A DNA stretch of 64,000 nt from Chloroflexota bacterium (GCA_964291655.2 OZ219802.1:1056001-1120000), one strand, 5' to 3'. Counted from the stretch's first letter, positions 49,204 through 59,519 are shown. Made by a program: numbers and translations. Notes: generated by a model from the sequence alone, not told the origin.

Positions 49204-50757
49204 ATGAAGACTCAGGCTCCACAACTGGGACTGTTAGGCATACTGGCCTGCGGCATAGTCTCGGCGGTCTTGTTGGTGCTGGCGTTCCCGCCGTACGACT
49301 ATTGGTACCTGGCGTGGATAGCGCTGGTGCCGATGCTTGTGCCGCTGGCGCTTCCCACCCCGCGACCTCGCGCCGCGCGTGCTGCGGCTGCCCTGACGTT
49401 CGTGCTCTACATGGGCGTGCTCTTGTGGCAGGCGTTCCCGCCCGGCCTCACGTCCCGCGCGTGGCGGGGCAGCGATTTCCCGCCGATTCTCTTCCTTGAT
49501 TCGCCGGCGCTGTTTGTAAGCGTGATTCTGCTGCCTACGCTCTTTGTGCTCTTCTATTTCGGGCGCATACCGATAGGCCCGCCATTCTCCCTGGCGCAGG
49601 CAAGACCGTACTTCTGGCTACTGCCGCCGGCTGTCTGGACGCTCACCGAGTACATGCGCTACCGGCTGCAGCTTGGCCATATCTGGGGCAATCTCTTCAC
49701 AACGCAGCACACGTTCCCGACCACGCTGGCAATCATGCGCCTTGGCGGGCCGTGGCTGCTCACGTTCTGTATTGTCCTGGCCAATGTGCTCATTGCGGCT
49801 GTCCTCGCTCGCTTGCTGGTGCGCCGGCCCATGCAAGCGGCAGGAGTGACCGCGCTGGTCGTACCATTACTCGTCAGCAGCGTACTGCTTAGCACGGCGA
49901 TGCGTGGGTCCGCGCCGCAAGCGCAGTCCGAGCCGCAGACTATTGAAGTGGCACTCGTGCAGACGGGCCTCGACATGTCCGACTACTTCGATAAGGCGAT
50001 GGTGCAGGGCGTACGCGACTACTACGGGCTGGCGTGGAGCGACGTGGAGACGCTCACCCGCGAGCAAGCGCAGGGCGCGCAACTCATCGTCTGGCCGGAA
50101 GCGACCGTCTGGCGCGACGTGCAGGCGGACACGGAAGCCCGCGAACGACTGGCAGCGTTTGCCCGCGAGATGAACGCATACCTCTTTGCGCCCTACTTTG
50201 TGGACACTGATCCCCGCGGCTTCCGCAATGAGGCAGTCTTGATCTCGCCTCAGGGTGAGTTTCTCGGCATGTACGCCAAGAACTACCCCATTATTTTCGT
50301 CGGCGAACAGAGCGTCACCGGCGGCGAGCACCCGGTATTCTCCACGCCGTTGGGCACATTCGCCACGATGATGGCGTATGATTCCGACTTTCCCGATGTT
50401 GCCCGCACCCTGACGGCCAATGGCGCGCAACTGATTGCGGTAACAAGCCACGACTGGGTGGAGATGAGCCCCTTCCAGGTGGCGGCCAGCGCCCAACGCG
50501 CCGCAGAAAACAACGTGACTATTGTAAAGGCGGATTGGCGTTACGGCAGCGCGGTGATTTTGCCGAGCGGAGAGATCATCGCCAGTACCTCGGCGTTGGA
50601 GGCGGACCGTACGGTACTCCGCGCCGCCGTGCCGCTGCCGGAGTCCTCGGGCACGCCATACACGCGCACCGGCGATTGGTTTGCCTGGCTCTGCGCAGTC
50701 CTCGTCGTTGGGCTGCTCGCCCGGCTCTTTTGGGAACGGCGCTCTGCAGACCGCTAA
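49204..50757 (+). CDS. Apolipoprotein N-acyltransferase (Lnt)-like protein lacking the catalytic Cys
   Basis: LAFPP..WYLAWIALVP membrane domain and a nitrilase fold with WPE and YAK, but MMAYD where ICYE/ICYD is expected. Ends GTPYTRTGDWF. Confidence 0.85.
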   Translation: MKTQAPQLGLLGILACGIVSAVLLVLAFPPYDYWYLAWIALVPMLVPLALPTPRPRAARAAAALTFVLYMGVLLWQAFPPGLTSRAWRGSDFPPILFLDSPALFVSVILLPTLFVLFYFGRIPIGPPFSLAQARPYFWLLPPAVWTLTEYMRYRLQLGHIWGNLFTTQHTFPTTLAIMRLGGPWLLTFCIVLANVLIAAVLARLLVRRPMQAAGVTALVVPLLVSSVLLSTAMRGSAPQAQSEPQTIEVALVQTGLDMSDYFDKAMVQGVRDYYGLAWSDVETLTREQAQGAQLIVWPEATVWRDVQADTEARERLAAFAREMNAYLFAPYFVDTDPRGFRNEAVLISPQGEFLGMYAKNYPIIFVGEQSVTGGEHPVFSTPLGTFATMMAYDSDFPDVARTLTANGAQLIAVTSHDWVEMSPFQVAASAQRAAENNVTIVKADWRYGSAVILPSGEIIASTSALEADRTVLRAAVPLPESSGTPYTRTGDWFAWLCAVLVVGLLARLFWERRSADR

Positions 50758-50767
50758 GGGGGATCAA

Positions 50768-51916
50768 GTGGCAAAGGAAACCCTCACCGGCAAGCAAAGT
50801 GACTTTCTCAAGATCGTGGCGGCCGCCGCCAGACGCGGCGATGTGGAGGCAGTACGGGCATTTGTCGACGACAACCCCCGTTGGGTGCGCACCGTCGGCT
50901 CCCATGGACGCACGATGCTGTGGGAAGCGGCGTACTGGGGCAAGCTGGCGGTAGCGGAGTTCCTGGTTTCGCGCGGCGCTGATGTCAATGCCCTTGGCTG
51001 CCACTACAGCGAACACTACGTGGAAATCAGTTGCTACTGCGTAGCCAGGGCCAAGCAACGCCATGCCGTTGCCGACTATCTGCTGGAGCAGGGCGCGACC
51101 GTAGACGTGTTTACGGCAGCCTATCTAGGCGATACGGCGGCGGTTGCCGGATTTCTTGCAGCCGACCCAGCGCTGCTTGAAAGCTCCCAGGCGCAGCACG
51201 ACTCCCAGCGGTCTGAAGAGAAACGACTGGTCTTCGACCACATGCCCAACTCCTGGGCCACGCCGCTTGCCTATGCCCTCAGCGGCGGTTGCAGAGACAC
51301 GGTTGCACTGCTGCTCGAACGCGGCGCGGAGGTCCGCCAGCACGACACGCGGATGCTAGGCATTGCGGTGGGCCGCAACCGGCTGGACTTAGTGCAGATG
51401 CTCTTAGCGCACGGGGCCGATGCCGCCAACCTCCCGTTGGCGGACCCCTCCCAGAACCGCGCTTTGGCGGAGCTGGCTATTTCCCACGGCTACGACGTCA
51501 ATACCGGCCGCCCCGGCTGGCCGCCGCTAGTAGTTGCCAGCCGTGGCGACAAGGGCGAGCACCCCGAGAAAATACAGGCGCTGCTGGAGCTTGGGGCCGA
51601 CGTGAACGTCCGCGATTACAAGGGCAAGACTGCGCTCCATCGCGCAGCCACCGCCGGCTTTCTTGCGAGCATGGAGACCTTGCTGGCGAGCGGCGCCGCC
51701 ATTGACGCGGCGGACGAGAAAGGTGAGACGCCGCTCCTCGACGCTGTGCGCGCCGGTCGGGTGGAAGCCGTAGCGCTGCTGCTCGAAAGAGGAGCCGATC
51801 CATTGGCGGAAAATAGTAAGGGCATCACGCCGGTCGCGGCGGCAAAACGCATGCGCAAGCAGGGAGCGGCAGACATTGCGGCTCTTCTTGCAAGGGCCGG
51901 AGAGCACTCTCCATAA
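50768..51916 (+). CDS. Ankyrin repeat protein
   Basis: Multiple GxTxLxxA...LL.xGADVN repeats (GRTMLWEAA, GKTALHRAA, GETPLLDAV). Starts 10 nt after the lnt-like gene. Confidence 0.92.
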   Translation: MAKETLTGKQSDFLKIVAAAARRGDVEAVRAFVDDNPRWVRTVGSHGRTMLWEAAYWGKLAVAEFLVSRGADVNALGCHYSEHYVEISCYCVARAKQRHAVADYLLEQGATVDVFTAAYLGDTAAVAGFLAADPALLESSQAQHDSQRSEEKRLVFDHMPNSWATPLAYALSGGCRDTVALLLERGAEVRQHDTRMLGIAVGRNRLDLVQMLLAHGADAANLPLADPSQNRALAELAISHGYDVNTGRPGWPPLVVASRGDKGEHPEKIQALLELGADVNVRDYKGKTALHRAATAGFLASMETLLASGAAIDAADEKGETPLLDAVRAGRVEAVALLLERGADPLAENSKGITPVAAAKRMRKQGAADIAALLARAGEHSP

Positions 51917-52078
51917 TTCCCGCCACTTCCACGTCGGTCGGTCCCTTAGCGCAGCTGCTCCCCGGGTAGGCTGTAGCGCACTTCCTAGGGGATCATCCAT
52001 ACCGTCATTGCGGCGAAAGCCGGAATCCATCTTCGCATTTCACTGGACTCCGTCTTCAGCCGGAGTGACAAATTGCGC

Positions 52079-52846
52079 TTACTCCAGGTGCTTGCGGTAG
52101 TGTTCCAGCGCCGCCAGGATGCCGTTCTCCGTCACATCCGGCGCGATCCAGTGAGCAATGGCTTTGAAGTCAGGATGGGCGTTGCCCATGGCGATGCGCA
52201 GCCCGCACTCTTGGAGGAATTCCACGTCGTTGGGCCCATCGCCAATGCCGATGATCTGCGCGGGCCGGATGCCGACTAGGCGGGCATAGCGGTGGACGGC
52301 GGTAGCCTTGGTGCCGAGTCTGTGGGTAATGTCCACGCCCCACGTCCTGCCGGGTTCATAGGGAAAACGCGTGACGTGCACAGGCCGCTCCGGCGGAAAA
52401 AGCTCTTCAAAACGCGGCAGGTCCGCCGTGGGCACCGGGAGCACCGTGATGCGCGTAATGCGCCAGTGGTGAATGTCCGCCACGGTCTCAACCACTGTCG
52501 TGTCGTCCACGGCGGAGAAGGAATAGGGGCTCCGTGCTACGGCGTCCAGCACGGTGCGCGCATCTTCAGGTTCCAGGTAGACGCAGTCGAGGGTCTCCAT
52601 GGTATCGGCGCGGAAGATGCGCGCGCCGCCGTCGGCAACCTGCAGACCCTTGATATCGAAACGCGCTGCCATGGCGGCAACGTAGTGGAGGTCCCGGCTG
52701 GAAATCAGGCCCACGTGACACCGCCGCGCCGCGGCCGATATCCCTGCGATCACCGGAGGAGCGGGCAGGACACCGTAAGGCGCGAGGGTGCCGTCGATAT
52801 CAGAAAGCACGGCAGCATACCGCGGCGTGGATGACATTACTGCCAC
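52079..52846 (-). CDS. HAD family hydrolase (Cof-like, subfamily IIB)
   Basis: DIDGTL, TKATA, IGDGPND and AMGNA. Confidence 0.9.
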   Translation of the reverse strand: MAVMSSTPRYAAVLSDIDGTLAPYGVLPAPPVIAGISAAARRCHVGLISSRDLHYVAAMAARFDIKGLQVADGGARIFRADTMETLDCVYLEPEDARTVLDAVARSPYSFSAVDDTTVVETVADIHHWRITRITVLPVPTADLPRFEELFPPERPVHVTRFPYEPGRTWGVDITHRLGTKATAVHRYARLVGIRPAQIIGIGDGPNDVEFLQECGLRIAMGNAHPDFKAIAHWIAPDVTENGILAALEHYRKHLE

Positions 52847-52858
52847 TTGCAGGGCGGC

Positions 52859-54220
52859 CTACAGGCCGGCGACCTGGTGGGCCGCCCGCGCCAGGGCGTC
52901 AACGAAACGATCAACCTCAACCTGTCCCATCGGCGTAGAGAGCGCCCCGAGACCCTCCTTGGAGACGATAACACCGGCGTCCATGAGTCCGCGATGCAGT
53001 CCGCGCATACGGGCTTCCGGCGCCGGCCCCTTGGGGATGCTGCGGTAGTTGACGATAGGCGCGTCCGTCGGCACGACGATGATGAGCGATCCGGCGCCGC
53101 TGACCTGCCCCGGCACGCCCGCCTCAGCGAAGACCGCATTGGCGCGGGTGCGCAAGTCATCGCCCAATTCTTCCAGGCGTGTGTACGCATCCGGCGTGAG
53201 TTGGGAGAGAGCGGCATAACCGGCGATCGCGGAGAGCGGGTTGCCGCTGTACGTACCGCCGGAGGCGAGCACGGGCGGCCCTGCCGTGGGATCAAGCAGC
53301 GACATAATCTCGGCGCTGCCGCCCACGGCGCCAATCGGCAGGCCGCCGCCGATGATCTTACCAAAGACCGTCAGATCGGGGTCGCCGCCAAAGCGGGCCG
53401 CGCCGCCAGCGTAGCTCACTCGAAAGCTGATCACCTCGTCGGAGATGAGCACAATGCCGTAGTCGCGGGTGATCTCACGCAAGAACGTGAGAAAGTCATC
53501 CTGCGGCAGCGGAAAGCCCGCCCGATTGCAGAGTGGATCATAGAGCAGCCCCGCGATTTCGGACCCATGTTGCTCCAGCAGACGTATCACGGATTCCCTG
53601 TCGTTGTAAGGCAGCGTCAGCACGTCGGACTCAACCGAGCCCGCCAGTCCGCCGCTGCTGGCCACGCTGTGGGGCGCGTCCGCGGGTCCCCATGAGTCCG
53701 GCTGAGAAGAGTAACTCACCTGTACGTAGTCGTAATAACCGTGGTAGAAGCCCTCGAACTTGGCAATGCGGCTGCGTCCCGTAAACGCCCGCGCCAGTTT
53801 GACCGCGAGCATTACGCCTTCAGTGCCGGAATTGGCGAAGCGGATCTTTTCCAGGGACGGCACCCGTTCCACGAGCAGACGGGCAAGCTCCAACTCCGGC
53901 TCGGCCGGTTCGGAGAAGGCTGTACCGCGCTGCAATTGGTGAAAGATTGCCAGGTTTATCACCGGATTGGCGTGGCCGTGTATCAGCGCGGTCATGTTGT
54001 TGAGGTAATCAACGCGCTCCACACCCTCCACGTCGGTCAGGTAGCAACCGCTCCCGCTTTGCGCATAGATGGGATACGGATGATAGTAGTAGTGCAGCCG
54101 CGACGTGCCCCCCGGCATATAGCGGGACGACTCCTCAAATAGCTCGGCTGTCGCAGTGGTTGGGGGCAAACCTGCCTCCGGTTCTAGCGCAACTCCCCCC
54201 TTGCTGTGCCGCTGGCCCAT
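52859..54220 (-). CDS. Class III PLP-dependent aminotransferase, glutamate-1-semialdehyde aminomutase-like
   Basis: RFANSGTE, KFEGFYHG, DEVISFR, FGKIIGGG and GTYSGNP. Start approximate. Confidence 0.9.
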   Translation of the reverse strand: MGQRHSKGGVALEPEAGLPPTTATAELFEESSRYMPGGTSRLHYYYHPYPIYAQSGSGCYLTDVEGVERVDYLNNMTALIHGHANPVINLAIFHQLQRGTAFSEPAEPELELARLLVERVPSLEKIRFANSGTEGVMLAVKLARAFTGRSRIAKFEGFYHGYYDYVQVSYSSQPDSWGPADAPHSVASSGGLAGSVESDVLTLPYNDRESVIRLLEQHGSEIAGLLYDPLCNRAGFPLPQDDFLTFLREITRDYGIVLISDEVISFRVSYAGGAARFGGDPDLTVFGKIIGGGLPIGAVGGSAEIMSLLDPTAGPPVLASGGTYSGNPLSAIAGYAALSQLTPDAYTRLEELGDDLRTRANAVFAEAGVPGQVSGAGSLIIVVPTDAPIVNYRSIPKGPAPEARMRGLHRGLMDAGVIVSKEGLGALSTPMGQVEVDRFVDALARAAHQVAGL

Positions 54221-54402
54221 AACCACCTCCTCATGCGTACAAGTCCTCTAGGCGATAGTATACCCAAAGTCGCGCGGTCGCAGCGAAACAGTGCACCATG
54301 CGCGGAGAGCGCCAATGATTGCGTGCGGTCTCGATTCATCCTTCCTATATGCTAGAATTCTCCTACTGAACTCTTCGGTTTGGCTAAGGTTCTAAGGTAC
54401 GC

Positions 54403-55914
54403 ATGCGCACGCCACACATACCTCGTTACGCGGACACGGTCGTCATCGGCGGCGGCACGGCGGGAGCCGCCGTGGCGGGACTGCTTGCCGAACGCGGCGA
54501 CCGGTCGGTGCTCCTCTTGGAAGCCGGTCCGGACTACGGTCACCAGAAAGAAGGCCGCTGGCCCAGTGACTTGCTGGACGGTCGCGTGCTTGCCAGCAGC
54601 CACGACTGGTCCTTCACCAGTGCGGCAACTCACGGCCAACCAAACCACGAACTCCAGCGTGCCAAGGTGATCGGGGGCTGCTCAGCCCACAACGGCTGCA
54701 TCGCCATCTGGGGCAGCCGCGCCGACTACGACGGCTGGGCCGCCGCGGGCAACGACGGTTGGTCGACAGCAGAGGTCATCCCCTACTTCGAGCAAGCGAT
54801 GGCAAGGCTGTGCGTGCGCGAGTTTGCCCCGGAGGAAGTTACTCCCTTTCACGGCGCGTGCCTCGACGCGATGGTCGGGAGCGGCATTCCCCGGTCGCTC
54901 GATCTAAACGATTTGAATGAGGACACCGGCGCGGCGATCGCGCCGATCAACATCAAGAACGGAGTCCGCTGGAGCACGGCGCTCGCCTATCTCGATCCGG
55001 TGCGGGACCTGGGCAACTTGACCATAGTTGGCGACGCGCTCGTCGACAAGATTGGAGTTCGCAGTTCGCATGCAGTTTCGGTCGAGGTAGTTCACGCAGG
55101 CCAAGAGTCAACGGTTGAGGCCGGACGCATAATCCTGTGTGGGGGTGCCTACGGCTCGCCCGCCGTTCTGCTCCGTTCCGGCATCGGCCCGGGCGATGAG
55201 CTGACTGCGTTGGGGGTCCCAGTCCGTTTGGACTTGCCCGGTGTCGGCCGCAACCTGCACGATCACCCGGGCGCAATCATGCTGCACCACGGCACAGATC
55301 AATTCAATTCCCTCTCGGCGGACTTTATTGCCGCCGGCAAGACTGTCTTCACGGAACAGAGCCTCGCCAAAGCGCGGAGCAGCGACTGCGGCGAGGCATT
55401 CGACCTGCACATTGCGCCCCTGACTCCGCCCTCTCCCGACAAAGACGGACGTTGGGAATGCGCTATGTACACCGCCCACATGGCGCCGCAGTCCCGAGGC
55501 CGTCTGACGCTCCGCGACCGCAGCCCTGAGAGCAGTCCGGTGATCGATACCGGTTACTTCACGGATCCCGGAGACCGCGATCTCGCCGCACTGCTGGACG
55601 GTGTCGCGCTGACCCGAGAAATCGCCCGCCAGCCATCGTTTGCCGAGTTGATAGGTGAAGAACTGGAAGAAACAGCGAGTATGGTCACCGCTGAGGATGT
55701 GCGCCGCAACGGCCTGCACTACTACCATCCGGTCGGCACGTGCAAAATGGGCCCGGCTTCAGAACCTGAAGCCGTTGTGGATGCAATGGGCAAGGTCCAC
55801 GGCATAGAGGGTCTCCACGTCGTGGACGCCTCGATCATGCCTACCGTCCCTCGAGGGAACACCAACTTGCCCACGCTCATGGTTGCCGAGCGGATCGTGG
55901 CTGCGCTCGACTAG
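54403..55914 (+). CDS. GMC family oxidoreductase (choline dehydrogenase-like)
   Basis: GGGTAG, LLEAG, AKVIGGCSAHNG, GVGRNLHDH, YHPVGTCKMG and GNTNLP. Confidence 0.95.
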   Translation: MRTPHIPRYADTVVIGGGTAGAAVAGLLAERGDRSVLLLEAGPDYGHQKEGRWPSDLLDGRVLASSHDWSFTSAATHGQPNHELQRAKVIGGCSAHNGCIAIWGSRADYDGWAAAGNDGWSTAEVIPYFEQAMARLCVREFAPEEVTPFHGACLDAMVGSGIPRSLDLNDLNEDTGAAIAPINIKNGVRWSTALAYLDPVRDLGNLTIVGDALVDKIGVRSSHAVSVEVVHAGQESTVEAGRIILCGGAYGSPAVLLRSGIGPGDELTALGVPVRLDLPGVGRNLHDHPGAIMLHHGTDQFNSLSADFIAAGKTVFTEQSLAKARSSDCGEAFDLHIAPLTPPSPDKDGRWECAMYTAHMAPQSRGRLTLRDRSPESSPVIDTGYFTDPGDRDLAALLDGVALTREIARQPSFAELIGEELEETASMVTAEDVRRNGLHYYHPVGTCKMGPASEPEAVVDAMGKVHGIEGLHVVDASIMPTVPRGNTNLPTLMVAERIVAALD

Positions 55915-56266
55915 AGCCGACTGGGCCGGACTTGGTGCAGCTTGGCAACTTCGACCGTACGCCAGCCAGAACCTTCGCACTGAGATTCAACTCAATATCC
56001 CAGCCGTATGCCGACCCGCATTCACTGCTATGGGGCGACCTGTCAAGCAGTACAAGCAGAGCACCTTCGTCCGACCGCTATGGCTCCCTTGACCCACCTT
56101 CGGCAGCTAAGATTACCCATCCACACTCCCAACGAATCGTCCTTTTTCGAACTTAAGATTTTCTTACAAAAACCACTGGCTTTTCCCTGAAAGTGGTGTA
56201 TTGTGAAATTAGAACCTAGGGGGACACGACGGAGCTTTTGGGCAGCCGAAACATCCTTGAAACGCA

Positions 56267-57097
56267 GTGAGAATGCCGATGTACGCCTCCCTTCAGACCG
56301 CCGATGAAACAACGCTGCCCGGGCCATTGATGGCCGGTCTCGGTGACGTCCGCATTCTGCATCCCCCAGGGACCTTTGCCTTGTCACCGGCAAGCCTGAT
56401 TTCGGTCCAAGCGATAGTGGGAAACCAGGACCTGCTCAAGGGCATCGGGCTGGATTGGGGCACCGGTTCCGGGTGTCTGGCGATCACCGCAGCCAGAATT
56501 GCCGATGTCTTTCACGTGGCCGGTCTGGACATCTCCGAGACGAGCGTGGCAACCGCCTACAAGAACGCCTCGTACAACGCCGTCAGCGACAAGACGTCGT
56601 TCTTTGTCGCCAACTCATACTCGCCAGTGGACTGGCGCGTGCGCCGGGCGCTCGATTCCCTGGAGAGGCGCGTGGACTTCGTGCTTGCAAATCCCCCTGC
56701 CAGCGAAGATGACGACGGCTTCGGCTTCCGACGAGAAGTGCTCAAGGGGGCCCGGAAGTACATGGCAGCGGGCGGCGTTGTTTTACTCGGCGGGTCGTCG
56801 CGATATGGCCAGAGGGCGAGGCGGCTGTGTGACGAGGTACCCGAATTCAGCTACGGCGGGGTTATCTCTAGCACCGGCTGGGTCCCGTTTGATCTTGCCC
56901 GGCCGGACTACCTGCGGTATCTGAAGCAGTACGCAGCAGAGGAGGAACGCGGCGGTCTGGACTACCGCTTCCAATGCAACCGTGTTCACGCCGGAGAGCC
57001 GATCAATGCGCGACGCGCACTGGCGCTCTTTGATGCGACCGGCCTGATGCCGTTTATGGACTGGCAGATGCACCTGTTCAGATACAACCGGAATTAA
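56267..57097 (+). CDS. SAM-dependent methyltransferase (HemK-like NPP motif)
   Basis: LDWGTGSGCL, GLDIS and DFVLANPP. Start uncertain. Confidence 0.85.
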   Translation: MRMPMYASLQTADETTLPGPLMAGLGDVRILHPPGTFALSPASLISVQAIVGNQDLLKGIGLDWGTGSGCLAITAARIADVFHVAGLDISETSVATAYKNASYNAVSDKTSFFVANSYSPVDWRVRRALDSLERRVDFVLANPPASEDDDGFGFRREVLKGARKYMAAGGVVLLGGSSRYGQRARRLCDEVPEFSYGGVISSTGWVPFDLARPDYLRYLKQYAAEEERGGLDYRFQCNRVHAGEPINARRALALFDATGLMPFMDWQMHLFRYNRN

Positions 57098-57464
57098 GTT
57101 TGGATCCGACTGTCATACGGGCCCATCGCCCAGCGTTCATCTCATTTTTGCCCTGAACGCCGCATTGGCTTGGTAGTGCACGCCTCTCTTCGGGGCGAAT
57201 CGTCAAGAAACTGGGCTTACCTCCCACATGTGCCCTTCACCGGCGCTCTCTGCCGCGATAGAGTGGTGCGTTAGACCACCATGCCTCAAATCTCCACGGG
57301 GATGGAAGGCGTGAGTAGGCTGTGCCGATCGCCTGAAATGCAGCATCCTGCCGCGGCGGGCGGCGACCTACGACCCGCTTACATCTGCACAGCGCGACCG
57401 CTGTCGTGCAAGAGCCTCCGCCGATCAGGTGCTTGACCCTCTCGGTCCTGCCAGGCAAAGTCGT

Positions 57465-57493
57465 TTGACAAGCGGCAGGTCATGGGTTAGATT
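57465..57493 (+). promoter_or_regulatory. Putative sigma70-type promoter
   Basis: TTGACA-N17-TAGATT about 145 nt upstream of the dioxygenase start. Confidence 0.6.
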
Positions 57494-57639
57494 TGCCTCG
57501 ACTTTCAGGAGATTGACGGGCCCTCTTGGGAAAGCGTGCCGCAACGCATCTTTACAGAGGAACCCGGCCAACGAAACACGGGCAAGATGTGCGGCAGCCA
57601 CACTGGCAAAGTACGCGCACTAGCTCAAAGGAGAAAGCT

Positions 57640-58848
57640 GTGAAGGTAGACCGCGGCCAATTCATGGACCAAGGATATCTGATCTTTCGCAATCTCATCC
57701 CGCCGGACAAGCTCGAAACCATGCGCGCGAGCTGCGAGACAATTCTGGAGCGGCAGAAGGTGAACTGGGCGCGGGAGCGCGGGCCGGACGACCCGCCCGG
57801 CGGTGAATACGATAAGGCCCGTCAGCCCCGCGTCATGATGATGCGACCGGGTCTCATCGATGCCGAGACCGCCAACGTCGTGGAGGATTTCTGGGTCGCC
57901 GATGAGACCTTGGAAGTCGCCAGTCAACTCCTTTGCGAACCTGAGCCTTGCATTACCGAAATGATGATGATGTGCAATCCCATCCGCGATTGGCCGGGTG
58001 GCACGGGCTGGCATCGGGACATACATCCTGTTGACATGGCTCCGCTGGATGCACTGACAGCAGACGTTATGGAAAGCGGCCCAAGATATACTCAGTGGAA
58101 CGTGCCACTCTATGACGACAGCGTGCTGTGGGTGATACCGGGCAGCCATCGACGACGCAATACCCCACAGGAAAACGCCGAGTTGCTCAAAGACCGCGCC
58201 GGGCCCGTCACCGGCGGCATGCCGGTGGAGTTGAACGCCGGTGACGGCGTGGTCTACATCAACTATCTCAATCACACCGGCAGCAACTACACCACCGAGA
58301 AGCGGCGCACACTCCATGGCGGCCATGCCATCTACGGTACCTACGCGGAACTCGGCTTCTTAGCAAACTTAGCGCCTTGGGCGGCTGAGCGGTTCACATC
58401 CTTCGCCGCGCGCGGCGAGCGCATGAAGGACGCCACGGAAGCGGCACTCCGCGCCGTAATCGCCAGGGATGAAGTCGGCTACCGTGCGGCCTTGGCAACC
58501 CTGCAACCGGGCGCCGGCCCCCACGGCAGAACGGCGCTTACGATCTATCTGTCTAAAGTCGCGATGCAAATACACATTCTCAAAGACACCGCGTACGGCC
58601 CGCTAGACGATCTCCATCGGTGGGTCGAGAGCGAGCACCCCATTACTCTGAATTGGGGGCCCGAATTCGCCGCTAGATTTTCCGCCGAGGAAGGGGCAAC
58701 TCTGTGGACCCGGTTCCAGCGTATGGACGCCGCGCTCCAGAGCGACGTGGATGTGTTCGAACCGGCCTTTCAGGCTCGGCCCATGCGTTACTACTTCAAC
58801 GAACTGCCGGCTGGCGTCGACGCAGAGTCGTTCATCGCGGGTTGGTAG
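57640..58848 (+). CDS. Phytanoyl-CoA dioxygenase (PhyH) family protein with C-terminal extension
   Basis: AAGGAG RBS, QFMDQGYL, WHRD, VIPGSHRR, LNAGD and HTG (HxD..H triad). Confidence 0.88.
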   Translation: MKVDRGQFMDQGYLIFRNLIPPDKLETMRASCETILERQKVNWARERGPDDPPGGEYDKARQPRVMMMRPGLIDAETANVVEDFWVADETLEVASQLLCEPEPCITEMMMMCNPIRDWPGGTGWHRDIHPVDMAPLDALTADVMESGPRYTQWNVPLYDDSVLWVIPGSHRRRNTPQENAELLKDRAGPVTGGMPVELNAGDGVVYINYLNHTGSNYTTEKRRTLHGGHAIYGTYAELGFLANLAPWAAERFTSFAARGERMKDATEAALRAVIARDEVGYRAALATLQPGAGPHGRTALTIYLSKVAMQIHILKDTAYGPLDDLHRWVESEHPITLNWGPEFAARFSAEEGATLWTRFQRMDAALQSDVDVFEPAFQARPMRYYFNELPAGVDAESFIAGW

Positions 58849-58996
58849 GGCCAGGTCGGAACCATTTAGACAGCCCGAAAGGGGTGTGAGGGCGCATTGC
58901 CGGCAAGGGACACCTCGTTTAGGCTGCGGCGGCATCTGACGGCTGGTTTGAAAAATCGTCGCGCGCGGCCGCACGTGCAAGACAACCTCCCTTAAG

Positions 58997-59519
58997 GAGA
59001 CCCTAGCGTACTAGACCCCGAGGTAAAGGCGTTACTCCCTCTCCTTGGGAGAACTTTGCATAACCCCACTTTTAAGCAGGGGCACTCCCTCTCCTTGGGG
59101 AGAAGATTGGGGTGAGGGGGTCTCTTGTTACAATGGCCCTTTACGCTGTGCAGTGTCAAGACGTATCAGGGCAGATTCGGTGTGAATATGGAGAGACTTC
59201 AGGGAATTCACCCTCACCCCCGTATCACGTACGGGGCAGGCTCTAGCCCTCTCCCGTCGAGGGAGAGGGAATGTTTTCGCTTCCGCTTGGGTTTCGCAAA
59301 GGTCTCCTTGGGGAGGGGGTCGGGGTGAGGGGATTTCTTATCCTTCTATTCGCGCAACGTGTACAGTCAATATATGCTAGAACCGGGTAGATTCAGAGCT
59401 AACTGGCGTTCGTAGCACCTTCACCCTCACCTCCGTTTCACGTATTGGGCAGGCTCTCGCCCTCTCCCTCTACGAGAGAGAGAACTCTCTCGCTTCCGCT
59501 AGGGTTATGCCATGGTCTC
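58997..59519. mobile_element. Outer, older ~260-bp GAGACC-ended MITE-like element interrupted by a second copy
   Basis: Left end GAGACCCTAGCGTA and right end CGCTTCCGCTAGGGTTATGCCATGGTCTC. Removing the inner copy and its duplication leaves 260 bp with the same REP layout. Confidence 0.65.
59049..59306. mobile_element. 258-bp MITE-like element with IS5-family-like ends, carrying two inverted REP units
   Basis: GAGAACTTTGCATAACCC..GGGTTTCGCAAAGGTCTC inverted ends and CTTGG duplicated on both sides. Confidence 0.8.

Noticed and set aside
52859-54220. Assignment as hemL
   Set aside because: The family motifs fit, but there is no tetrapyrrole gene context and the N-terminal motif (PGGTSR) differs from the typical PGGVNSPVR. 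Left as a GSA-like aminotransferase.
57555-57590. SAM-I riboswitch
   Set aside because: GAGGAACCCGGCCAACGAAACACGGGCAA only loosely resembles the P2 region. The AUC.AGAG, GCAACC and GUGC.AA elements are not in proper register.
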